Part shown: positions 19,247-27,332 of the stretch, piece after piece
How positions within the stretch are numbered: the first letter of the stretch is position 1
Layout: each line of letters opens with the position of its first letter
From: Polyangia bacterium
Lineage (GTDB): Bacteria > Myxococcota_A > Polyangia > Fen-1088
DNA: 64,000 bases
Reading direction: 5' to 3'
NCBI GenBank assembly: GCA_036267635.1
Contig: DATAVR010000099.1
Coordinates: forward strand, 54,244 to 118,243
The notes under the pieces: generated by a model
Database searches by the model: none
Seen by the model: the letters and a program-made list of their open reading frames with translations, nothing else
Told to the model about the DNA's origin: nothing
Made by a program: the position numbers and the translations under genes

Positions 19247-20233
19247 ATGGCGGCTCCCATCCTTTCGTTGGTTCTTCCCATCTACAACGAGGAGGCGATC
19301 ATCCCCGAGCTCGACCGCCGGCTGCGCGCATTCCTGGCCGATGTGGGGAGCGGCGTCGGCGAAGCGTGGGAGGTCATCTTCGTCGACGACGGCTCGCAGG
19401 ATCGGTCGCTGCCGCTGTTGAAAGAGCTGGCGGCGGCCGAGCCGCGCTACAAGGTCCTCTCGCTCTCCCGCAACTTCGGGCATCAGATGGCGATCACCGC
19501 CGGTCTCGATCGCGCCAACGGCGACGCGGTGGTGGTGATGGACGCCGATCTGCAGGATCCGCCGGAGGTGGTCCGCCAGATGGTGGCCAGGTGGCGGGAA
19601 GGGTTCGACGTGGTGTTCGCCGTTCGCTCGCGGCGACACGGAGAGACCGCCTTCAAGAGGTTCACCGCCGCGCTTTACTATCGCCTGCTGCGCGTGCTGC
19701 TGGGAGGCGCTCAGATTCCGGTCGACGCGGGGGACTTTCGGCTGATGAGCCGCCCCGTCGTGCTGACGCTGCGGGCCCTGCGCGAGCAACACCGGTTCGT
19801 GCGCGGTCTCGTCTGGTGGGTCGGCTTTCGCCAGACCTCCGTCGCCTACGAACGCCCGGCCCGCTTCGCGGGCGAGACGAAGTATCCGTTGCGCCGGATG
19901 TTCCGCTTCGCCGTCGACGGAATCACCTCCTTCTCCACGGTGCCGCTGCGCATGGCGACCTGGTTCGGCGTGCTGGCCGGCGTGACGGCGATGGGCGGCG
20001 GCGTCTGGGCGGTGTGGGAGAAGCTCTTCGGGACGGGCGTCGTCAAGGGATGGACGACGATCATGATCCTCGTCGGCCTCGGCTCGTCGGCGCAGCTGCT
20101 GATGACCGGGATCCTGGGCGAATACATCGGACGCATCTACGAAGAGGTGAAGCGCCGGCCGCTCTACGTGGTGCAGGACGAGATCAACCTGCCCAGTCTC
20201 CAACCCGCGCGCGACAGAGACGCGCGCGGGTAG
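19247..20233 (+). CDS. GT2-family polyprenyl-phosphate glycosyltransferase (ArnC / GtrB / dolichyl-phosphate-mannose-synthase-like).
   Basis: The sequence has MAAPILSLVLPIYNEEAIIPEL and a DxD motif in VVVMDADLQDPPEV. Two C-terminal transmembrane helices are present (MATWFGVLAGVTAMGGGVWAV; TTIMILVGLGSSAQLLMTGILG). This architecture is typical of ArnC/GtrB-type enzymes. Confidence 0.8.
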   Translation: MAAPILSLVLPIYNEEAIIPELDRRLRAFLADVGSGVGEAWEVIFVDDGSQDRSLPLLKELAAAEPRYKVLSLSRNFGHQMAITAGLDRANGDAVVVMDADLQDPPEVVRQMVARWREGFDVVFAVRSRRHGETAFKRFTAALYYRLLRVLLGGAQIPVDAGDFRLMSRPVVLTLRALREQHRFVRGLVWWVGFRQTSVAYERPARFAGETKYPLRRMFRFAVDGITSFSTVPLRMATWFGVLAGVTAMGGGVWAVWEKLFGTGVVKGWTTIMILVGLGSSAQLLMTGILGEYIGRIYEEVKRRPLYVVQDEINLPSLQPARDRDARG

Positions 20234-20239
20234 CATCGG

Positions 20240-21316
20240 TCAGCTCCCGGCCAGCGCGGCGGCGATGCCCGCGGCCATCGGCTTCGGGCGGTAGTCGGCG
20301 TCGAAGGGCAACGGGTAGTGCGGCCGCCGCCCGCGCAAGCCGCTCCAATCGGGATCGTTGAGCCAGGAGTAGCGATCGGTGAAGCCCCAGAACGTGACGC
20401 CGGAACAGGCGGAGACGGCGACGCAGGCCGCGACGATGTCGTGTGTGAGGCGCTTCTGCTCCTCCAGCTTCTGCGCGCGTGTCCCCGACATCTCACCGAC
20501 GGGGACGTCCATCTCGGTGAGCTCGACGGCCAGGCCCAGCGCGGCGAACCGCTCGAGGTTTTGCCGGATGATCTCTGCGGGCGGCCAGTGCCGCGGGTCG
20601 ACGTGCATCTGAAATCCGACCCCGCCGAGCGGAACGCCCGCCGCCTTCAGGCGCTGCGCCAGCTGGTAGACCGCCTCCGCCTTCGGCGTCCCCAGCCCCT
20701 CGATCTCGTAGTCGTTGTAGAAGAGGAGCGCGTCCGGATCGGCGGCGTGCGCCGCCCGGAAGGCATCCTCGATGAACGCCGGCCCCAGCGCCGTGAACGG
20801 AGAATCGTGGCGCAGCTCGCCGCCCGGTCCATCGGCGAAGGCCTCGTTGACCACGTCCCACTGGCGGACCTTCCCTTTGAAGTGCGCCACCACGTTGGTC
20901 ACGTGTCGGATCATCGCCGCGTGCAGCGCCTCGCCCGGAAGGCCGCTGACCCACGGGGCCAGCTGGGTGTGCCAGACCAAGGTGTGGCCGCGGACGCGCA
21001 TGTCGTTCTGCTGGGCGAACGCCACCAGGGCGTCACCGGAGTGAAAGGCGAACTGGCCCGGGCTCGGCTCGACGTTCACCCACTTCATGTCGTTCTCGGG
21101 CGTGAGTGAATTGAAGTTCGCCGCCAGCACCTTGGCGAACGTCGCCTCGCGCAGCCGTTGCGCCTCGACCGCGGCGCCGATCCGGCGCGCGCCCGCGACG
21201 CTCCGAAGCGGAGGGATCTGGGGCGCGGCAGCCATCGCCCCACCCGCCGGCGCCCGCGCCGGAACGATGCAACCAGAGAGGAGAAGGACCAGGAGGCCGC
21301 CAAGTCGCCGGTTCAC
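20240..21316 (-). CDS. GH10 endo-1,4-beta-xylanase lipoprotein.
   Basis: The start is GTG. The signal is MNRRLGGLLVLLLSGC. GH10 motifs are present: TPENDMKW, WDVVNEAF (the acid/base Glu) and ELTEMDV (the nucleophile Glu). Confidence 0.85.
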   Translation of the reverse strand: MNRRLGGLLVLLLSGCIVPARAPAGGAMAAAPQIPPLRSVAGARRIGAAVEAQRLREATFAKVLAANFNSLTPENDMKWVNVEPSPGQFAFHSGDALVAFAQQNDMRVRGHTLVWHTQLAPWVSGLPGEALHAAMIRHVTNVVAHFKGKVRQWDVVNEAFADGPGGELRHDSPFTALGPAFIEDAFRAAHAADPDALLFYNDYEIEGLGTPKAEAVYQLAQRLKAAGVPLGGVGFQMHVDPRHWPPAEIIRQNLERFAALGLAVELTEMDVPVGEMSGTRAQKLEEQKRLTHDIVAACVAVSACSGVTFWGFTDRYSWLNDPDWSGLRGRRPHYPLPFDADYRPKPMAAGIAAALAGS

Positions 21317-21388
21317 GGCGGCGATGATACGTCGGTCCGCGCGTGGTCGAGCGCAGAACGTGGCCGTCGCGAACGGCGGGTTCGCCGA

Positions 21389-21727
21389 CTAGATGGCGTC
21401 GTCGCCGCGTTCGCCGGTCCGGATGCGGACGACGTCGTCGATCGGCGAGACGAAGATCTTACCGTCGCCGATCTTGTCGGTCTTGGCGGCGAGCTTGATG
21501 GTCTCGACCGCCGTCGCCGCCAGGGCGTCGGGGACGATCACCACCACCATGACCTTGGGGACGAAGTCCACCACGTAGGCCGACCCGCGGTAGACCTCCG
21601 TCTTGCCACCGGTGCGGCCGAACCCCTTGACCTCAACGACCGTCATGCCGGTGACGCCGGCCTGCTTCAGTCGATCCTTCACCTCATCGAGGCGATGCGG
21701 TCTGATGACGGCTTCGATTCTCTTCAT
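21389..21727 (-). CDS. glnB: Nitrogen regulatory protein P-II.
   Basis: The 112-aa protein reads [49 protein letters not shown]...[26 protein letters not shown]. The P-II signature and the T-loop Tyr are present. Confidence 0.85.
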   Translation of the reverse strand: MKRIEAVIRPHRLDEVKDRLKQAGVTGMTVVEVKGFGRTGGKTEVYRGSAYVVDFVPKVMVVVIVPDALAATAVETIKLAAKTDKIGDGKIFVSPIDDVVRIRTGERGDDAI

Positions 21728-21902
21728 GACTCCGTTCCCTTTCACTGAGGCGCAAAAGGGCGCCCGCCTTTTTGGGGTGGCTTCCACCTCTTAGCGCATC
21801 GGCATTTTTTTTGCTGGGAATCGTGAACCGGCACTGAAAAGCCAAATTGCCACGGTAGTCTGCAGCCGAGCGGAGCGTCCGCCGTTCTCCCGATCCCACC
21901 CC

Positions 21903-22760
21903 ATGTCCATCAACTGGTACCCCGGCCACATGGTCACCGCCCGGACCAAGGCGGCCGAGACCATGCGGAAGACCGACCTCGTCATCGAGCTGCTCGACGC
22001 GCGAGCGCCGCAGGCGAGCTGCAATCCCGTGTTCGAGCGGCTGCGCCTCGCCGGGCAGCGCCCCGCGCTCAAGCTTCTGAACAAATCGGACGTCGCCGAC
22101 GCGGAGCAGACGCGGCGCTGGCTACAGCACTACAACCAACAGCCCGGGGTGCAGGCCCTCGCGCTTTGCGCGAAAAAGCAGGGGGAGCTCGAGCGTGTCC
22201 TCGCCGCCTGTCGCGCGCTGCGTCCCGATCGCGGCGCCGCCGACAAGCCGCTGCGCATGATGATCCTCGGCATCCCCAACGTCGGGAAGTCGACCCTGAT
22301 GAACGCGATCCTCAAGCGCCACGTCGCGCACGTCGGCGACGAGCCGGCCATCACCAAGGTGCAGATGTTCCATCGCCTCGGCCCCGGGATGAGCCTGGTC
22401 GACACGCCCGGGATGCTGTGGCCGGGGATGGCGCAGGAGACCGCGTCCAAGCTGGCCGCGCTGCACAGCATCGGGCGCGGGGCCTACGACGACGAAGAGG
22501 TCGCGCTGACCCTGGGGCGATATCTGCTGCGGCACTACCCGGAGCTGTTGGCGCGGCGGTTCGGGGTGCTCCCGCGCCCCTGCGACGAGCACACGCTGCT
22601 GGCGCTCATCGCCGCGGGGCGCTCTCTGGCGAAGAAAGCCGGCGGCGCGCCGGACGTCGCCCGAGCTTCGGTCTTGCTGCTCAACGATTTTCGCACCGGC
22701 ACGCTCGGGCGGATCACCCTCGAGACCGTCGAGGAGGCGCAGAGTATGCTCGGCGCGTGA
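21903..22760 (+). CDS. rbgA: Ribosome biogenesis GTPase A (YlqF / RbgA), a circularly permuted GTPase.
   Basis: The sequence has MSINWYPGHMVTARTK...DARAP (the G4 motif precedes G1), GIPNVGKSTLMN and DTPGMLWP. Confidence 0.85.
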   Translation: MSINWYPGHMVTARTKAAETMRKTDLVIELLDARAPQASCNPVFERLRLAGQRPALKLLNKSDVADAEQTRRWLQHYNQQPGVQALALCAKKQGELERVLAACRALRPDRGAADKPLRMMILGIPNVGKSTLMNAILKRHVAHVGDEPAITKVQMFHRLGPGMSLVDTPGMLWPGMAQETASKLAALHSIGRGAYDDEEVALTLGRYLLRHYPELLARRFGVLPRPCDEHTLLALIAAGRSLAKKAGGAPDVARASVLLLNDFRTGTLGRITLETVEEAQSMLGA

Positions 22761-23416
22761 AGACCGCGCTCATGATCGGAGGGACCGGGCTGGTCGGATC
22801 GCAGCTCCTCGGTCAGCTGCTGGACGACGCGCGGTTCGACAAGGTGACCGCGTTCGGTCGGAAGAAGACCGGGCGGTCTCATCCCCAGCTCGAAGAGCAG
22901 CTGGTCGACTTCGACGCGCCCGAGTCGTGGTCGTCGCTGGTGAAGGGGGATGTGGCGTTCTCGTCGCTGGGGACGACCCGAAAGCAGGCCGGCAGCCTGG
23001 CCGCGCAGAAGAAGGTCGACTACGACTACCAGCTGGCCTTCGCCAAGGCGGCGGCCGGCAACGCGGTGGCGACCTACGTGCTGGTCTCGTCGTCTTCGGC
23101 CAACCCGGACTCCAGCATCTTCTACACGCGCATCAAGGGGGAGCTCGATCGCGACGTGCAGCAACTCGGCTTCGAACGCGTCCGGATCATGCGGCCCAGC
23201 CTGCTCGGTGGGGACCGCCCCCAGGCGCGCGCCGGGGAGAAACTGGGGAGCGCGCTGCTGGGCGCCGTCAATGCCCTCGGCCTCGCCCGCAAGTACCGCG
23301 AGATCCCCGGCGGCGTGGTGGCCAAGGCGATGATCAACGCCGCGCTCGATCCGGAGCCGGGGATCCGCATCTACACGCTCGACGAGCTGTTCGTCGAGGC
23401 CGAACGCGCGCGCTGA
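22757..23416 (+). CDS. NAD(P)H-binding protein, an atypical short-chain dehydrogenase (YbjT / HTATIP2-like).
   Basis: The GTG start overlaps the rbgA stop codon (GTGA). The sequence reads VKTALMIGGTGLVGSQLLGQLL, a Rossmann GxxGxxG motif. The total length is 219 aa. Confidence 0.65.
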   Translation: MKTALMIGGTGLVGSQLLGQLLDDARFDKVTAFGRKKTGRSHPQLEEQLVDFDAPESWSSLVKGDVAFSSLGTTRKQAGSLAAQKKVDYDYQLAFAKAAAGNAVATYVLVSSSSANPDSSIFYTRIKGELDRDVQQLGFERVRIMRPSLLGGDRPQARAGEKLGSALLGAVNALGLARKYREIPGGVVAKAMINAALDPEPGIRIYTLDELFVEAERAR

Positions 23417-23427
23417 TTCGTCGAGCC

Positions 23428-24240
23428 TCAGACAGTGACGGTGACCCGCAGGAAGGTCGCGGGAATCGAGGTCAGGTCGCTGCGGGAGCTCTGGTTTTGG
23501 CTGCTGAAGAGGGCGTCGAGCTCCCTGGTCAGATCGGCCGCTCGACCGGTTTTCTCTGCCGCTTCGAACGCATTCATCGTCGGCCCGTAGTACCTCCGAA
23601 ACTCGGCAACCAACGCCGGCGGCGCGGCGGGAAAATCGAACCTGTAGCTGTCCCGTACGGAGGAGATGTTGTCTCTCGGCACGCCGGCGCCCATGAATCG
23701 CTCGATCACGTTGGCCTCCACTCCCCAGGTCATCGGGCTGACGAAGCCTTCCGGCGGCGGCGGCGAGTAGGTCGAGCTGATCTTCAGGATCTGCGCCACC
23801 AGCGTCGGATCGTTGGGAATCCAGTTCCCCATGACGATCCGGCCTCCGGGCCGCGTCACCCGCACCATCTCCTTGGCCACGTCGAAGGGCTTGGGCGCGA
23901 ACATCGCCCCGAAGATGCTGACCACCAGGTCGAAGGCCCGATCCTGCAGCTCGTTCAGGTTGCAGGCGTCGCCCTGCTGAAATCGGCAGCTGGTGAGCCC
24001 CTCGGCGCGCGCGCGGCTGTTCCCGGCCTCCACGAGGTTGCTGGCGATGTCGACGCCGAGCACGTCGGCGCCCAGCCGCGCCGCGGGTAAGGCCGTCGTC
24101 CCGTCGCCGCATCCGAGGTCGAGAACCTTGAGCCCCTTCGAGATGCCGAGCCCGCGAACGAGCGCCTCGCCGCTCTCTCTCATGCTGGCCGCGATGCGCG
24201 TGAAGTCGCCTTTTTCCCACAGTGCTTGGTTTGGATTCAT
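23428..24240 (-). CDS. Class I SAM-dependent methyltransferase.
   Basis: Motif I reads VLDLGCGDGTTAL. The later motifs are VVSIFGAMF and TRPGGRIVMGNW. Confidence 0.8.
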   Translation of the reverse strand: MNPNQALWEKGDFTRIAASMRESGEALVRGLGISKGLKVLDLGCGDGTTALPAARLGADVLGVDIASNLVEAGNSRARAEGLTSCRFQQGDACNLNELQDRAFDLVVSIFGAMFAPKPFDVAKEMVRVTRPGGRIVMGNWIPNDPTLVAQILKISSTYSPPPPEGFVSPMTWGVEANVIERFMGAGVPRDNISSVRDSYRFDFPAAPPALVAEFRRYYGPTMNAFEAAEKTGRAADLTRELDALFSSQNQSSRSDLTSIPATFLRVTVTV

Positions 24241-24350
24241 GCTCGCTCCTCTTGCTCGATACTAGACAACGCGCGCCCTCCCCGGCGGTGGCACATTCGC
24301 CATCCTTCGGGGGCGATTCGGACACAACCGGCGGAATGCCGCCCCCGAGG

Positions 24351-25763
24351 TCAGCCGAAGGCCGCGGGCTGGCCGGTCGATTCGATGACCGACATCCAGA
24401 GATCGTCGTCGAGGTCGACCTGTTTGCGGAAGCGCGTGGCCAGTGGAAAAGGAACGTGCACGAATCGCCCGTGCCAGCGGCCGACCAGCATCTCGGTGTT
24501 GCCGGCCATCGCGGCGTGGACCGCGTTGCGCGCCATGTTCCAGCAGTAGACGCTGTCCGACGGCGAGGCGGGGACGCTGCGTATCTGATAGCTGGGATCG
24601 ATGTACTTGAGGGTGATCTCGAGGCCCCGTCCGGCGAAGTGCTGCACGATCCGCTCGCGCAGCACGAGGCCGATGTCCTTGAGACGGGTGTTTCCACTGG
24701 CGTCGGTCGCCGAAGCGGCCGCGCCGCTCGCCGCGGCGGCGCAGAGCTCCTGGCCCGCCCCTTCCGCGACGACGATGACCGCGTGCGACCGCTCTTCGAG
24801 CCGGCGCTCGAGGTGCCGCAGGAACCCGCGCTCTCCCTCGAGCTGCAGCGGCACTTCGGGGATGAGGACGAAGTTCGCGTCGGGGCAGGCCAGCGACGCG
24901 TGGCAGGCGATGAACCCCGAGTGCCGCCCCATCACCTTGACCAGCCCGATGCCGTTGTTGGCGCCAATCGCCTCGACGTGGGCGCTGCGAATGGCCTCGG
25001 CGGCGGCCGCCGCCGCGCTCTCGAAGCCGAAGCTGCGGTCGATGAAGTGGATGTCGTTGTCGATCGTCTTCGGGATCCCCACCACGGCGATCGAGAGCCG
25101 CCGGCGCTCGATTTCGGCGACGAGCTTGGTCGCGCCCCGCAACGTCCCGTCGCCGCCGATGACGAACAGCGCGCCGATGCCCAGCCGCTCGAGCTCGTCG
25201 ACCATCTCACCGGGATCTTGTCCGCCCCGCGAGGTCCCAAGGATGGTCCCACCCTGTTGGTGGACCGAGCCCACCATCGCCGGCCCGAGCCGCAGCGGCT
25301 CGTGACCAAACCGCGGGACCAATCCTTCGAAGCCGTAGCGAAAGCCGAGGATCTCCCGGACGCTGTAGGCGTGCGTCAGCTCGAGGACCAGGCCGCGCAC
25401 CACGTTGTTGATGCCGGGACAAAGCCCGCCGCAGGTGACGATCCCGGCGCGGAGGGTGGCCGGATCGAAGAAGATCCGATCGCGCGGCCCCGCCAGCTCG
25501 AACGTCGGCAGCGCGGCGAGGCCCGCGGCGCCCGCTTCGGTCACCCGCGAAGACCGATCGTCGAGCAGGACGCGATCCGCCTCTCCGACGTGATGCAGGA
25601 CCCGATCGCCCAGCCGGGCGGCGAGCGGCGACCGGTGACGACAGGGGCCGAGCGCCTTGATCTGAAGGTCGGCGCTCTCGACCCGCTCGGTCCGCTCGGG
25701 GATGGTCAGATTTTCGGCGCCCCACTCGGCGGCGTCGGGGGGCGACTGTTGGACCTCGGTCAT
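24351..25763 (-). CDS. pfk: 6-phosphofructokinase (470 aa; mixed ATP/PPi sequence signature).
   Basis: The motifs are IVTCGGLCPGINNVVRG, VIGGDGTLRGA, GIPKTIDNDI and MGRHSGF. I chose the start MTEVQQ..., whose ATG overlaps the pyk stop codon (ATGA). Confidence 0.8.
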   Translation of the reverse strand: MTEVQQSPPDAAEWGAENLTIPERTERVESADLQIKALGPCRHRSPLAARLGDRVLHHVGEADRVLLDDRSSRVTEAGAAGLAALPTFELAGPRDRIFFDPATLRAGIVTCGGLCPGINNVVRGLVLELTHAYSVREILGFRYGFEGLVPRFGHEPLRLGPAMVGSVHQQGGTILGTSRGGQDPGEMVDELERLGIGALFVIGGDGTLRGATKLVAEIERRRLSIAVVGIPKTIDNDIHFIDRSFGFESAAAAAAEAIRSAHVEAIGANNGIGLVKVMGRHSGFIACHASLACPDANFVLIPEVPLQLEGERGFLRHLERRLEERSHAVIVVAEGAGQELCAAAASGAAASATDASGNTRLKDIGLVLRERIVQHFAGRGLEITLKYIDPSYQIRSVPASPSDSVYCWNMARNAVHAAMAGNTEMLVGRWHGRFVHVPFPLATRFRKQVDLDDDLWMSVIESTGQPAAFG

Positions 25764-27184
25764 GGCGAAGGGGCCGGGATCTGTCGAAGTTGGAGCGTGT
25801 CGATGACCTTGTCGTGGGCGAGCGCGTTCGTGATGACGACCAGCCAGGTGCCGTCCTTGCACCACTGTCGTCGCCTCAGATAGGCGAGCGCATTGTCGAC
25901 CGTGGCCTCCGGATCCTCGCTGAAGGGCATCAGAAACGGCTCCACCCCCCAGGGGAGCAGGAGCTGCCGGAACAGCACCTCGTCGTCGGTAAAGGCGTAG
26001 ATCGGGACGCCGACCGCCCGCAAGGCGGCCAGGGTGTAGGCCAAAAAGCCGCTGCGCGTGAAGACCACGATCCCCGACTCTCCGAGCTCTTGCGCCAAGA
26101 TCGCCGCCGCCCGAAGCATTTTGGCCTTCGGTTCGTGGAGCTCGAGCACCTCGTTGAAGCGGCGCTTCTCCGTCGGCTCGATGCTGTTCACGATGTTGGT
26201 CATGACCTCCACGCACTGGAGGGGATAAAGCCCGGTCGTCGTCTCGCCGGAGAGCATCACCGCGTCGGCCCGCTCCCGCACGGCGGTGGAGATGTCTGAG
26301 ATCTCGGCGCGGGTCGGCATCGGCGCGCTGATCATCGACTCCAGGAGGTGGGTGGCGATGATGACCGGCCGCCCCTCGGTCAAGCAGAGGTCGACGATCT
26401 GCGTCTGCACGATCGGCAGCGTGTGGTAGTCGATCTCGATCCCCAGATCGCCGCGCGCCACCATCACCGCGTCCGAGGCCTTGACGATGCTGTGAAGGTT
26501 GCGCAGGCCGCCCTGGTCTTCAATCTTGGAGATGATGCGGGCCTTCGAGCCGAGCCGATCGAGCAGGCGCCGAAGCGCGACGACGTCCTGGCTCTTGCGA
26601 ACGAAGGAGAGCGCCACGAAGTCGAGCCCGGCCTCGACGCCGGCGCGGACGTCCTGCTCGTCCTTCTCGGTCAGCGAGGGGAGGCCGACGTCGACCCCCG
26701 GCAGATTGATGTGCCGCCGCGAGCCGAGCTTGCCCGGGGTGAGCACGCGGCAGCGGACGTGGGTCGGGTCGAGCTCCACGACCACCAGGCGGATGAGGCC
26801 GCTGTCGAGGAGGATGGTGGCGCCGACCTTCACATCGGTCGGCAGCCCGGGATAGTTTACGAACACGCTGCGCACGCCATCGGTGGCTGTCACGGTGTGC
26901 AACTCGAGGATCTCCCCCACCCGCAAGTCGATGGGCTCCGCCAGCGGGCCGGTGCGGATCTCCGGCCCTTTGACGTCCATCATCACGGCGACGTGCCGCC
27001 CGAGCCGATTCGACACCTCCCGGATGCGCTTGATCAGCGACCCCGCCCACTCGCCCGTCCCGTGGGCCATGTTGAGCCGGAGGACGTCGACCCCCGCCGT
27101 GATGAGCTGCCCAATCCGCTCCGGGCTCTCGGTCGAGGGTCCGACCGTCGCGATGATCTTCGTATGTCTGTAGTGGCCGCGCAT
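25760..27184 (-). CDS. pyk: Pyruvate kinase.
   Basis: The sequence has MRGHYRHTKIIATVGPS, MVARGDLGIEI and the MLSGETTTG motif. The upstream track extension was rejected because it is antisense to the GH8 leader region. Confidence 0.85.
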   Translation of the reverse strand: MRGHYRHTKIIATVGPSTESPERIGQLITAGVDVLRLNMAHGTGEWAGSLIKRIREVSNRLGRHVAVMMDVKGPEIRTGPLAEPIDLRVGEILELHTVTATDGVRSVFVNYPGLPTDVKVGATILLDSGLIRLVVVELDPTHVRCRVLTPGKLGSRRHINLPGVDVGLPSLTEKDEQDVRAGVEAGLDFVALSFVRKSQDVVALRRLLDRLGSKARIISKIEDQGGLRNLHSIVKASDAVMVARGDLGIEIDYHTLPIVQTQIVDLCLTEGRPVIIATHLLESMISAPMPTRAEISDISTAVRERADAVMLSGETTTGLYPLQCVEVMTNIVNSIEPTEKRRFNEVLELHEPKAKMLRAAAILAQELGESGIVVFTRSGFLAYTLAALRAVGVPIYAFTDDEVLFRQLLLPWGVEPFLMPFSEDPEATVDNALAYLRRRQWCKDGTWLVVITNALAHDKVIDTLQLRQIPAPSP

Positions 27185-27332
27185 GAGGTCGACGCGAAAC
27201 CCCGCCCTGCGTCGCCAAACTACCGCGAGTCCTGTTGCGCGCAGGTTTCGCGACGTCGAGGATTTCGTCGACTTCATGCTCCGGCGACGCATCCGCCTGC
27301 CGCCCCGGTCGTATAGTCGGGGGGCGAAGTCC

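Noticed and set aside
22166-22756. N-terminal extension of the 416-aa + ORF.
   Set aside because: It overlaps rbgA out of frame. The real gene starts at the GTG at 22757, which is followed immediately by the Rossmann GGTGLVG motif.
22535-24697. 720-aa ORF on the minus strand.
   Set aside because: It spans three well-supported genes in antisense or alternate frames. It is a GC artefact.
24222-25883. 553-aa ORF on the plus strand.
   Set aside because: It is antisense to pfk.
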